Both the position numbers and the translations under genes were made by a program. From contig CAZVDL010000004.1 of the NCBI GenBank assembly GCA_964626365.1, positions 18,178 through 82,177 on the forward strand: a DNA stretch of 64,000 nt, written 5' to 3'. Within the stretch, counting starts at the first letter, position 1. Each line of letters starts with the position of its first letter. This DNA is from an uncultured Nitrososphaerota archaeon. GTDB taxonomy: Archaea > Thermoproteota > Methanomethylicia > Nezhaarchaeales > B40-G2. Of this stretch, positions 36,459 through 44,317 are shown in pieces. The notes below the pieces were generated by a model, which worked only from the letters and a program-made list of their open reading frames with translations, ran no database searches and was not told the DNA's origin.

Positions 36459-36872
36459 GTGAACGATCTGAGCGAAGATAAGGAGCTTGAGATGATCAAG
36501 CACAGGATGTTAAAGAGGCTACTCAACGAGGCCAAAGAGGAGAAGGTCTTAGATCATCCAGTGGAGGTTAACGATGCAAACCTAGATGATCTTGTTAGAA
36601 AACATCCCGTAGTGGTCGTGGATTGCTGGGCTACCTGGTGTCCTCCTTGTAGGATGCTTGAGCCTGTAATAGAGGAGCTAGCTAGGAGGCTGGCAGGCAA
36701 AGTAGTGTTCGGCAAGTTGGATGTCGACTTAAACCCCTTGACCGTGCAGAGGTACTCCATCATGGAGGTACCCACTCTCCTAATATTCAAGAACGGGGGC
36801 TTTATGGGTAAGGTGATCGGCTACCGTCCCCTACCGCAGCTAGAGGAGATAATAAGGAGGTACCTGGATTAA
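36459..36872 (+). CDS. trx: Thioredoxin
   Basis: WATWCPPC active site. N-terminal helical extension as in archaeal thioredoxins. GTG start, with an alternative ATG at 36492. Confidence 0.85.
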   Translation: MNDLSEDKELEMIKHRMLKRLLNEAKEEKVLDHPVEVNDANLDDLVRKHPVVVVDCWATWCPPCRMLEPVIEELARRLAGKVVFGKLDVDLNPLTVQRYSIMEVPTLLIFKNGGFMGKVIGYRPLPQLEEIIRRYLD

Positions 36873-36887
36873 TACAAGGCGAGATGG

Positions 36888-37694
36888 ATGGAAGCCCACG
36901 TTGAGAGAGTATCGACTGGGGTAGCTAAGCTAGATGAAATGCTTAGCGGGGGCATACCCAAGGGCTTCGTAGTGGCGGTGACAGGAGAACCTGGGACAGG
37001 TAAAACTGTGCTATGCATCCACTTCATAGCTAAGGGGGTGGAGGAGGGGGATAAGTGCATATACGTCACGACTGAGGAGAGTAGAGAGTCCATAATTAAG
37101 CAGGCCGCCCAGTTTGGCTTCGACTTTAAAAAGGCCATTCTAGATAAGAGGCTAGTCATCATCGACGCGCTGATGAGGCCTAGTGGGGAGCCCTGGTCGC
37201 TTCAGTCATTAAACCCCGAGGAGCTAGTAAACAAGGTCATTGAGGCTAAGAAGTACTTAGGCTATGGGGATGGTAGGCTCGTCGTAGATAGCATGTCGGC
37301 CTTTTGGCTTGACGCCCCAGCCATGGCTAGGAGGCACTCCTATTACGTTAAGAAGGTGCTCTCCCAGTGGGGCTTCACCATACTATTGACTTCACAGTAT
37401 GCGATTACGACGAGCGAGGCCTTTGGCTTCGGGGTCGAGCACATAAGCGACGGCATAATTAGGTTTAGAAGAATGGTTAGGGGAGGGAGGTTAAGGAGGT
37501 TCATAATAATAGAGAAGATGCGGCAGACACCCCACGACCTGAGGCTCTACGAGATAGATATTAGAGATGGCGAGGGGCTAGTCATACTGGGCCCCGTCGA
37601 GCTTAGGAGGGAGGACGTAGCCTTACCTTGGAGCGTGGTTAGGAAGGTCTTAGAGGCTAAGCGCGAGGAAACTTTAGAGGAAGTTAACGGTTGA
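36888..37694 (+). CDS. KaiC/RecA-superfamily ATPase (single KaiC-like domain)
   Basis: VSTGVAKLDEMLSGGIPKGFVVAVTGEPGTGKT Walker A context typical of COG0467. Confidence 0.8.
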   Translation: MEAHVERVSTGVAKLDEMLSGGIPKGFVVAVTGEPGTGKTVLCIHFIAKGVEEGDKCIYVTTEESRESIIKQAAQFGFDFKKAILDKRLVIIDALMRPSGEPWSLQSLNPEELVNKVIEAKKYLGYGDGRLVVDSMSAFWLDAPAMARRHSYYVKKVLSQWGFTILLTSQYAITTSEAFGFGVEHISDGIIRFRRMVRGGRLRRFIIIEKMRQTPHDLRLYEIDIRDGEGLVILGPVELRREDVALPWSVVRKVLEAKREETLEEVNG

Positions 37695-37755
37695 GAGCCC
37701 AATATTAGTATAACTTATATGTCTTGGAGAGCTTAACACTCGGTGGCGCTTAGAC

Positions 37756-38508
37756 TTGGAGGTCAAGCTGTACGGCAAGCCTAAAGCCGAGGAGCTAGTG
37801 ATGGTAGCTGGGCTACCGGGTATGGGGTACGTGGCCAAACAGGCCGTTGACTATCTTATAGAGGAGCTTAAGGCCTCCCCCTTTGGCGAAGTCTCCTCGC
37901 TCCACCTATACCCCTCGGTCGTGCTGTTTAACGACGGCCTCATGGAGTCGTTCCTCGAGAAGAGGTTCTATAGGTTCTACTTAAGCGAGGTGGGGCGAAG
38001 AGGGTTCATATTCTTCACCGGCGAGGCTCAACCCAGCTCAGCTGAAGGACAGCGAGCACTAGCCGATAAAGTGGCTGAGGCTGTGGCTAAGCTAGGGGTC
38101 AAGAAGGTCTTTACCATGGCCGCCTACCCGGTGCCCAGGTACGTGGAAGAGCCCAAGGTATACGCGGTAGCTACAAATAGCTCGCTACTCCAACACCTAG
38201 TTAGCAAGGGCATCTCCGTAATGCCTGGCAGGAGCAGTATTAGCGGTATGAACGGCCTCCTGCTGGAGTACATGGCCTATAGGGGCGTCGAAGGAGCCTG
38301 CTTGTTAAGTGAAACCTACGTGATTGATTCAGCTGATGTCAAGGCGGCCGCTGCCCTCGTTAAGAAGCTTAAGGAAATCCTAGAGGTGGACGTGAACACC
38401 GCCAGAATAGAGGAGATGGCTGCTAGGTTCGACGAGGACCTACATAGGCAGTATGAGGGCTTAAGGAAAGCTAAGGAAGTCGAGAAGGGGCTAGGCTACA
38501 TCTATTAG
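37756..38508 (+). CDS. PAC2-family protein (proteasome-assembly-chaperone-like)
   Basis: LVMVAGLPGMGYVAKQAVDYLIEEL N-terminal pattern, about 250 aa. Confidence 0.65.
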   Translation: MEVKLYGKPKAEELVMVAGLPGMGYVAKQAVDYLIEELKASPFGEVSSLHLYPSVVLFNDGLMESFLEKRFYRFYLSEVGRRGFIFFTGEAQPSSAEGQRALADKVAEAVAKLGVKKVFTMAAYPVPRYVEEPKVYAVATNSSLLQHLVSKGISVMPGRSSISGMNGLLLEYMAYRGVEGACLLSETYVIDSADVKAAAALVKKLKEILEVDVNTARIEEMAARFDEDLHRQYEGLRKAKEVEKGLGYIY

Positions 38509-38527
38509 CGCTTGTAGAGGATAGATA

Positions 38528-39436
38528 ATGTACGACTTAATCAAAAGACACTACCTTAGAGAGGAAGTCCGAGAGGAGATCGCTGACTACGCTAGGGATC
38601 GATGGGTCGGGCTACACTGTCAGGCTAGGGATGAGAAGGGGAGAATGTTGCTTGTGAGGTACACCGAGGGCAGAAGACCTCTAACCATAAGGGAGAAGGG
38701 AGATGTGCTGAAGGCTCTTCAAAAATACTCAAGGCTAAGGCCTAGAACCTTCTACGCCTCCTCAAACCTATACTGGAAGATGGAGAGGGAGGGTGACGTA
38801 GCATCTCTAGCTAACGTTAAGGCCTGCACCCCCTGCTGGGACATAGACAATACGTTCGACAGCTGGAGGAGCACCATAACCGCGTGCCAAGAGATAGTCT
38901 CCGCGCTAGATAAGATGGGCGTCGCTAAGTCCGTGTCAGTGTATTGGAGCGGCGAAGGCGCCCACGTGAGGATACACCACGAGGCGTTCTCGCCCGAGCT
39001 TAGATCTAAGATACATCCCCTAGACCTAGCCTTCGCCGTAGTCGAGTTCATAGCTAGGAAAGTGGAGCCCAAGATAATTGAAGAACAAGTTAAGTCAGAA
39101 GGTAAATTGAAGGTAGAGAATAAGATGGACCCACAGAGGCTCTTCACCTGCCCCTTAAGTTTACACAGAGAGCTAGATGTGGTCTGCGTATGTATACCTC
39201 TAAACAAGCTAAGCTCGTTCGATCCTGAATGGGTTAGGCCCGATGTATATAGGCATAGTAGGGATTGGCGTAGATTTGAGGTAGGTGAAGCTGACGAGCT
39301 AGCTCAGAGAGCGTATGAGGCAGTGGGAGGATATCCTAGAGCTGTTGGTGGTAGGTGTAGACGTAGAAAGTATCGGAGGGTCGATGAAGCCATTAAAAGT
39401 AGCTTAAGTAAGCTTTTGCGGGAAGACCACTTTTAA
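38528..39436 (+). CDS. Archaeo-eukaryotic primase (PriS-like) catalytic-fold protein
   Basis: AEP motif I CWDIDN (DxD), motif II YWSGEGAHVRIH (SGxGxH), motif III KMDPQRLFTCPLSLH. The upstream FYASSNLY matches the PriS YYS segment. No Cys cluster follows motif I. Confidence 0.55.
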   Translation: MYDLIKRHYLREEVREEIADYARDRWVGLHCQARDEKGRMLLVRYTEGRRPLTIREKGDVLKALQKYSRLRPRTFYASSNLYWKMEREGDVASLANVKACTPCWDIDNTFDSWRSTITACQEIVSALDKMGVAKSVSVYWSGEGAHVRIHHEAFSPELRSKIHPLDLAFAVVEFIARKVEPKIIEEQVKSEGKLKVENKMDPQRLFTCPLSLHRELDVVCVCIPLNKLSSFDPEWVRPDVYRHSRDWRRFEVGEADELAQRAYEAVGGYPRAVGGRCRRRKYRRVDEAIKSSLSKLLREDHF

Positions 39437-39465
39437 ACCTCAGCCTCCTACAGAATAGGTAGACC

Positions 39466-39933
39466 TTGACGAAAGTGGAGCTCGACCAGCTAGACTTAAA
39501 GATCCTTAAGATGCTATCAAACGACGCTAGAAGGAGTCTTAGGGATATAGCTAAGGAGCTAGGGCTCTCGCCCGCCACGGTGCATAATAGGGTGCGGAGG
39601 CTAATCGAAGAGGGGGTAATTAAAAGCTTCAGCCCCATCATAGACTACTCTAAGCTAGGCTACGACCTCACAGCCCTCATACTGCTTCAGGCGGAGGGTA
39701 GCCACCTCGTCGAAGTAGAAAACGAGGTAGCTAAGCTTGAGAACACCTGCGCGGTCTACGACATAACCGGCGAGTTTGACATAGCGGTCATAGCCAGGTT
39801 TAAAAGCAGAGACGCCCTCAACAAGTTCATTAAGAGGTTATTGAAGATCCCCCATGTTAAGCGCACGTCTACTAGCATGGTTTTGAACGTGGTCAAGGAG
39901 GACTTTAAGCTTAGCTTAGAGGAAGAGACCTGA
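39466..39933 (+). CDS. Lrp/AsnC-family transcriptional regulator
   Basis: LDLKILKMLSNDARRSLRDIAKELGLSPATVHNRVRRL HTH plus a C-terminal RAM domain. TTG start, alternative GTG at 39475. Confidence 0.85.
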   Translation: MTKVELDQLDLKILKMLSNDARRSLRDIAKELGLSPATVHNRVRRLIEEGVIKSFSPIIDYSKLGYDLTALILLQAEGSHLVEVENEVAKLENTCAVYDITGEFDIAVIARFKSRDALNKFIKRLLKIPHVKRTSTSMVLNVVKEDFKLSLEEET

Positions 39934-40152
39934 GCGAAAGAGTTAAGGAGCGGGGGTCCTTCAGAGGGTAAAGGTGGCCGGAGACGACTAAGGCCTATAA
40001 ATGCCCACTCTGTGGCTATGTTCTACCCACTGGGCCATACGATTGGATGTTAGAGCTTGAGGAAAACGGAGGGATCGTCTGTCCAAGGTGTAAGAAGGCG
40101 AAGTTAGTGCTAGAGGGATAATTACTAGCAGTAATCATAGTAAAGAGACAAG

Positions 40153-40160
40153 TTTTAAAT
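40153..40160 (+). promoter_or_regulatory. TATA-like box upstream of the COG1900 gene
   Basis: TTTTAAAT lies 30 nt upstream of ATG 40190. The ATTACT-AGC-AGTAAT inverted repeat at 40121-40135 sits just upstream. Confidence 0.4.
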
Positions 40161-40189
40161 ACTAGGTATTGGAGAGGAGGGAGATAATT

Positions 40190-41713
40190 ATGGAGGAGCC
40201 TAGAGGAGCTGAGACTCTGCGTAGGTATGAGGAGATAAACGAGAAGATTAAGCGTGGAGACGCGGTGGTAATGACCGCGGATGAATTCGTTGAATACGCT
40301 AAGAGGTACGGCGTTGAGAGGGCCGCCAAGGAGGTGGACGTAGTCACCACAGGGACCTTTGGCGCCATGTGTAGCTCAGGAGCCTTCCTAAACTTTGGAC
40401 ACGCCGATCCTCCCATAAAGATGTTTAAGTGCTGGCTTAACGACGTCCCAGCCTACAAGGGCCTAGCAGCGGTGGACGCCTACATAGGGGCGACGGCGAT
40501 AAGCGAGACACGGGGACTCGAGTATGGAGGAGGACACGTCATAGAGGACCTTGTCAGCCACAAGGAGATAGAGCTGAGGGCTGAAGGTTACCCAACTGAC
40601 TGTTACCCCCGTAGGTACGTTGAGACCACCATAACCATAGACGACCTGAACCAAGCGATCTTAGTCAACCCCCGAAACGCCTATCAGCGCTACAACGCCG
40701 CCACCAACAGTACAGACCGCGTACTCTATACTTACTTAGGCACCCTCCTACCTAGGTTCGGCAACGTTATGTATAGCGGGTCGGGACAGCTAAGCCCACT
40801 CTACAAAGATAGGTGGCTCGACACTATAGGGATAGGCACACGCATATTCCTTGGAGGAGGAGTAGGTTATGTTATAGGTGAGGGCACTCAGCATAAACCG
40901 CAGGATGCCCTAGCCACCTTGATGGTCAAGGGCGATCTTAAACAGATGAAGCCTAAGTTCCTTAGGGGGGCTACCATCCATAGGTATGGGGTCACGCTCT
41001 ATGTCGGCGTAGGCATACCCATACCCATCATTAACATGAGGGTTGCTAAGTCAGCCGCCGCCTCTGACGAGGAGATCTTCACCGAGATACTGGACTATGG
41101 CATCCCCTCCAGGAATAGACCTGTAGTTAGGAGGGTCAGCTACGCGGAGTTGAAGTCGGGAAAGGTGTTGATAGGCGACCGAGAGGTACCTTCATCCTCC
41201 ATGTCCAGCTTAGCTTACGCTAAAATGATAGCTGAGGAGCTGAAGAAGTGGATAGAGGAAGGATCCTTCCTACTAACTAGGCCCGTGGAGCTCCTACCTA
41301 ACTATAGCGAGTTTAAACCCATGCCTCTAAGGAGGTATGAGCCGAAGGTCAGGGACGTGATGACAACGAAGGTGGTTAGCGCTAGGCCTGAGGATGGACT
41401 CAAGGACGTAGCCAAGCTGATAGTCAACTACGGCATAGACCACGTGCCCATCGTCGACGCCAGCGGTAGACTTGTAGGGATAGTTACGTCGTGGGACCTA
41501 GCCAAGGCGATAGCGCTAGGCAAGGAGAAGCTCGAAGAGATCATGACCACGAGGGTCATAACCGCTAGGCCTGAGGAACCACTGGATCTAGTGGTAACTA
41601 GGCTGCAGCAACACAGGATTTCAGGTATGCCCGTGGTTGACGGGGAGGGTAAGCTAGTAGGCATAGTGACTAGCGATGATATAGCTAGGCTACTTAGGGG
41701 GAGGCCTCTTTGA
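40190..41713 (+). CDS. COG1900 (DUF39) homocysteine-biosynthesis enzyme with C-terminal CBS pair
   Basis: EEINEKIKRGDAVVMTADEF start and a long DUF39-like core, then two CBS repeats (LVGIVTSWDL, LVGIVTSDDI). The ORF opens at TTG 40169, but that is only 9 nt from the TATA box. Confidence 0.8.
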   Translation: MEEPRGAETLRRYEEINEKIKRGDAVVMTADEFVEYAKRYGVERAAKEVDVVTTGTFGAMCSSGAFLNFGHADPPIKMFKCWLNDVPAYKGLAAVDAYIGATAISETRGLEYGGGHVIEDLVSHKEIELRAEGYPTDCYPRRYVETTITIDDLNQAILVNPRNAYQRYNAATNSTDRVLYTYLGTLLPRFGNVMYSGSGQLSPLYKDRWLDTIGIGTRIFLGGGVGYVIGEGTQHKPQDALATLMVKGDLKQMKPKFLRGATIHRYGVTLYVGVGIPIPIINMRVAKSAAASDEEIFTEILDYGIPSRNRPVVRRVSYAELKSGKVLIGDREVPSSSMSSLAYAKMIAEELKKWIEEGSFLLTRPVELLPNYSEFKPMPLRRYEPKVRDVMTTKVVSARPEDGLKDVAKLIVNYGIDHVPIVDASGRLVGIVTSWDLAKAIALGKEKLEEIMTTRVITARPEEPLDLVVTRLQQHRISGMPVVDGEGKLVGIVTSDDIARLLRGRPL

Positions 41714-42096
41714 AGCTAAAGATAACTTATAACAAGCAACACGTGGATAAACCAGTACTCTCCAACGTCGTGTTGAGGACAGGGGTTCCCATAAACATAT
41801 TGGATGCTAAGGTGTCGCCGGGCGGAGGAGAGGTTATAGTGGATGTGCTAGCCCCTCCCAGTAAGGTCAAGGAGGTAGTGGACGCCTTCATTAGCGAGGG
41901 CGTCGGGGTGAAGGAGATAACCAAGGCCATTGAGGCAGACGCCTCGCGATGTATAGCCTGTGGCGCCTGCGTATCTCCTTGCCCTGTCGGAGCCATCTCG
42001 CTGAGGGAAGGTATGGTGGAGGTGGACGAGGCCAAGTGCGTGAGGTGCCAAGCATGTGTCAACGCGTGCCCCATGAAGGCTATAAGGGTCCTATGA
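41710..42096 (+). CDS. NIL-domain / 2x[4Fe-4S] ferredoxin fusion protein
   Basis: N-terminal NIL-like half (KPVLSNVVLRTGVPINILDAKV) and C-terminal CIACGACVSPCP plus CVRCQACVNACP. Its TTG start overlaps the upstream TGA. Confidence 0.8.
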   Translation: MKLKITYNKQHVDKPVLSNVVLRTGVPINILDAKVSPGGGEVIVDVLAPPSKVKEVVDAFISEGVGVKEITKAIEADASRCIACGACVSPCPVGAISLREGMVEVDEAKCVRCQACVNACPMKAIRVL

Positions 42097-42803
42097 AAGC
42101 AGTCTTTAAGGCTAAGTACGTGATAAGACAGTCGAACGTAACGGTGGCCGTGGACAGAGAGAACTTATTAACCGAGGCCTTAAGGTCCCTTTTATTCCAT
42201 CGTCTCGCGCTCGACGCTTACGTCAAACTACACCCAGAGTTCAAGTACTCATTGCAGCCTATTAAGGTTGAGAGCCACGCCCCCAAGGTTGCGAGGCTGG
42301 CCGCTGAGGCTGCTGAAATAGCGGGCGTCGGTCCCTTAGCCGCTGTGGCAGGGGCTCTAGCTGAGGCTGTAATGTGGGACTTAGTTTCGGCGGGGGCTAA
42401 GCTATGCGTAGTCGAGAACGGGGGAGAGATCTCAGCTCTCTCTCCGGGGACCATGATCATAGGCGTATATGCCGGCCCTTCACCACTCTCAGGTAAGGTG
42501 GGGCTTGAGCTGGTGAAGGAGGATTTCCCAGTCGGCGTAGCTACGAGCTCGGCTAGCGTGAGCAAGGCGATAAACTTCGGTAAAGCGGACGCGGCCGTAG
42601 CCGTAGCCGATGAGGCATCCATAGCAGACGCAGCGGCTAAAGCCATATGTAACGCCGTCATGGGAGATGACGTGGAGGCCTCAGTTAAACGCGGGCTTGA
42701 CGTCGCCGACGACTTAAGGCCCTACATTAGAGGAGCCTTAGTTGTAAGAGGAAGCTACCTGGGCGTCACGGGGAGACTACCCAAAGTAGTTAGGATATCA
42801 TAA
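42093..42803 (+). CDS. UPF0280 / COG2122 (ApbE-like fold) protein
   Basis: ATG 42093 overlaps the upstream TGA (ATGA). Ala/Gly-rich, about 236 aa. The ORF-track extension to 41949 runs inside the ferredoxin gene. Confidence 0.6.
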   Translation: MKAVFKAKYVIRQSNVTVAVDRENLLTEALRSLLFHRLALDAYVKLHPEFKYSLQPIKVESHAPKVARLAAEAAEIAGVGPLAAVAGALAEAVMWDLVSAGAKLCVVENGGEISALSPGTMIIGVYAGPSPLSGKVGLELVKEDFPVGVATSSASVSKAINFGKADAAVAVADEASIADAAAKAICNAVMGDDVEASVKRGLDVADDLRPYIRGALVVRGSYLGVTGRLPKVVRIS

Positions 42804-42819
42804 TTCAACGAAGCTAGAG

Positions 42820-42827
42820 ATAATTAA
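42820..42827 (+). promoter_or_regulatory. TATA-like box upstream of the LarA-like gene
   Basis: ATAATTAA lies 62 nt upstream of ATG 42889. It is followed by the tandem CTCCGCCTTA repeats. Confidence 0.4.
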
Positions 42828-42831
42828 CCCC

Positions 42832-42854
42832 CTCCGCCTTACCTCTCCGCCTTA
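42832..42854. repeat. Tandem 10-mer CTCCGCCTTA x2 (13-nt period)
   Basis: Exact copies at 42832-42841 and 42845-42854, between the TATA-like box and the LarA-like start. Confidence 0.9.
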
Positions 42855-42888
42855 AACTATCAGCTCCACGGTCGAGGGGGCTCTATGT

Positions 42889-44148
42889 ATGCTAATCAAG
42901 GTGCCCTTCGACCTCATGAGGAGGAGCTTAAGCGTCGAGGTACCCGACAAGGCTTTCGAGTCCTTCATCAAGCCAGCTAATGTAGACGCCTTCGAGGAGC
43001 TCAGCTATATCAGGGCTAAGCTTAGGAGGGAGCTTGAACTTAGAGGAGGGAAGAGGATTGAGCGGGCGGCCATCTTAATAGACGACCACACGAGGCCTAC
43101 CCCTACAAACCAGCTCTTACCCTTAATCATCGAGGAACTGCAGAGCTTGGGGGTTAAGGACCTAGACGTGATACTGGCCTTGGGCACCCACGAAGCTCCG
43201 CCCCCTGAGTACCTGGATATGAAGATAGAGCCCTCGCTAAGGTCTAAGGTAAACTTCACACTACATAACGCCTACGACAAGGATTTACATCGCTTCGTAG
43301 GGATAACAAGGTTTGGCACCCCTTTATGGCTGAATAAACAGTTCGTGGAGGCTGACTTCTCCATAGGCGTCGGGTCCATATTTCCGTCCGAGGTAGCTGG
43401 ATTTACCGGCGGCGGTAAAATAGTGCTGCCGGGGATAGCCTCCTATGAGACCATTAATCGAAACCATTCAATGACGCTGTCGCCTAAGGTGGACGTTGGG
43501 AAGTTAAACGACAACGTCGTGAGGGCTGATATAGACGACGCTGCCAAGATAGCGGGGCTAGACCTAATCGTAGACGTCGTCTTAGACTGCAAGGGAAGCA
43601 TAGTGGAGGCATTCGTAGGAGATCCTATAGCCTCTCACCGTGAAGGAGTTAAGCTCTGCTCTAGAATTTACCGAGTTAAGAGGCCCCGTAGAAGGGCAGA
43701 TATCGTAATAGCGTCTCCTGGAGGTACCGAGGACATAGACTTCGTACAGGCTATAAAGGCGCTTACCGTAGCCAAGAAGCTATGCAAGGACGACGGAGTG
43801 ATAATACTCGCCGCGGCCTGCCCCTTGGGGGCCCAGTGGCCTGAACTCGAGGACTACGTAGCTAGAGCCAGGGAGGCTAGGTATAGCAGAGAAGAAGTAG
43901 TCCTAGACGTAGTTAAGGGTAGGGTCGAAGCCGTGGCGGGAGGAATGGTGTATAGGCTGTATGATCTATTCATTGAGGGGAGGCCCAGGGTGGTTATGGT
44001 GTCAAGGAGCGAGATGGCTGATACCTGCGCTAAGCTTGGCTTCACATGGCATGAGGACCTACAGGAGGCTGTGGATGAGGAGTTGAGTAGACGTAGACGC
44101 CCTAGGGTAGTTGTAGCCCCCTTCGCTGCCTACACCTGGGTCTATTAA
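42889..44148 (+). CDS. LarA-like (DUF2088) nickel-pincer-cofactor-dependent racemase/epimerase homologue
   Basis: ILIDDHTRPTP, ALGTHEAPP and AGFTGGGK motifs resemble the LarA N-terminal domain. Confidence 0.65.
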   Translation: MLIKVPFDLMRRSLSVEVPDKAFESFIKPANVDAFEELSYIRAKLRRELELRGGKRIERAAILIDDHTRPTPTNQLLPLIIEELQSLGVKDLDVILALGTHEAPPPEYLDMKIEPSLRSKVNFTLHNAYDKDLHRFVGITRFGTPLWLNKQFVEADFSIGVGSIFPSEVAGFTGGGKIVLPGIASYETINRNHSMTLSPKVDVGKLNDNVVRADIDDAAKIAGLDLIVDVVLDCKGSIVEAFVGDPIASHREGVKLCSRIYRVKRPRRRADIVIASPGGTEDIDFVQAIKALTVAKKLCKDDGVIILAAACPLGAQWPELEDYVARAREARYSREEVVLDVVKGRVEAVAGGMVYRLYDLFIEGRPRVVMVSRSEMADTCAKLGFTWHEDLQEAVDEELSRRRRPRVVVAPFAAYTWVY

Positions 44149-44317
44149 GGGGGTTACAAGATCTTGTAAAAAAGCTAGGTGAGCCTACAAGCCCACGTCA
44201 AACCTAGAGGAGAGCCGTTGGGAACAAGTTCAAACCCTCCATGGTGCACTGCGAAACATTTATTTTTAGGGGGGTTACGTCCTCTCGGATTTCCCCGGCC
44301 TTCACCGGAAAAACAAG

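Noticed and set aside
36098-36535. 145-aa minus-strand ORF covering the FTR-like gene and the thioredoxin start.
   Set aside because: The sequence is Ser/Leu-rich and featureless, while the plus strand encodes an exact CPC/CPC/CHC motif protein.
41949-42092. N-terminal extension of the COG2122 ORF through the ferredoxin gene. Similarly, 54932-55084 extends lysC into hom.
   Set aside because: The extensions are Arg/Gly-rich out-of-frame readings of well-supported genes. ATG 42093 (ATGA overlap) and ATG 55085 (MKFGG) give family-typical N-termini.
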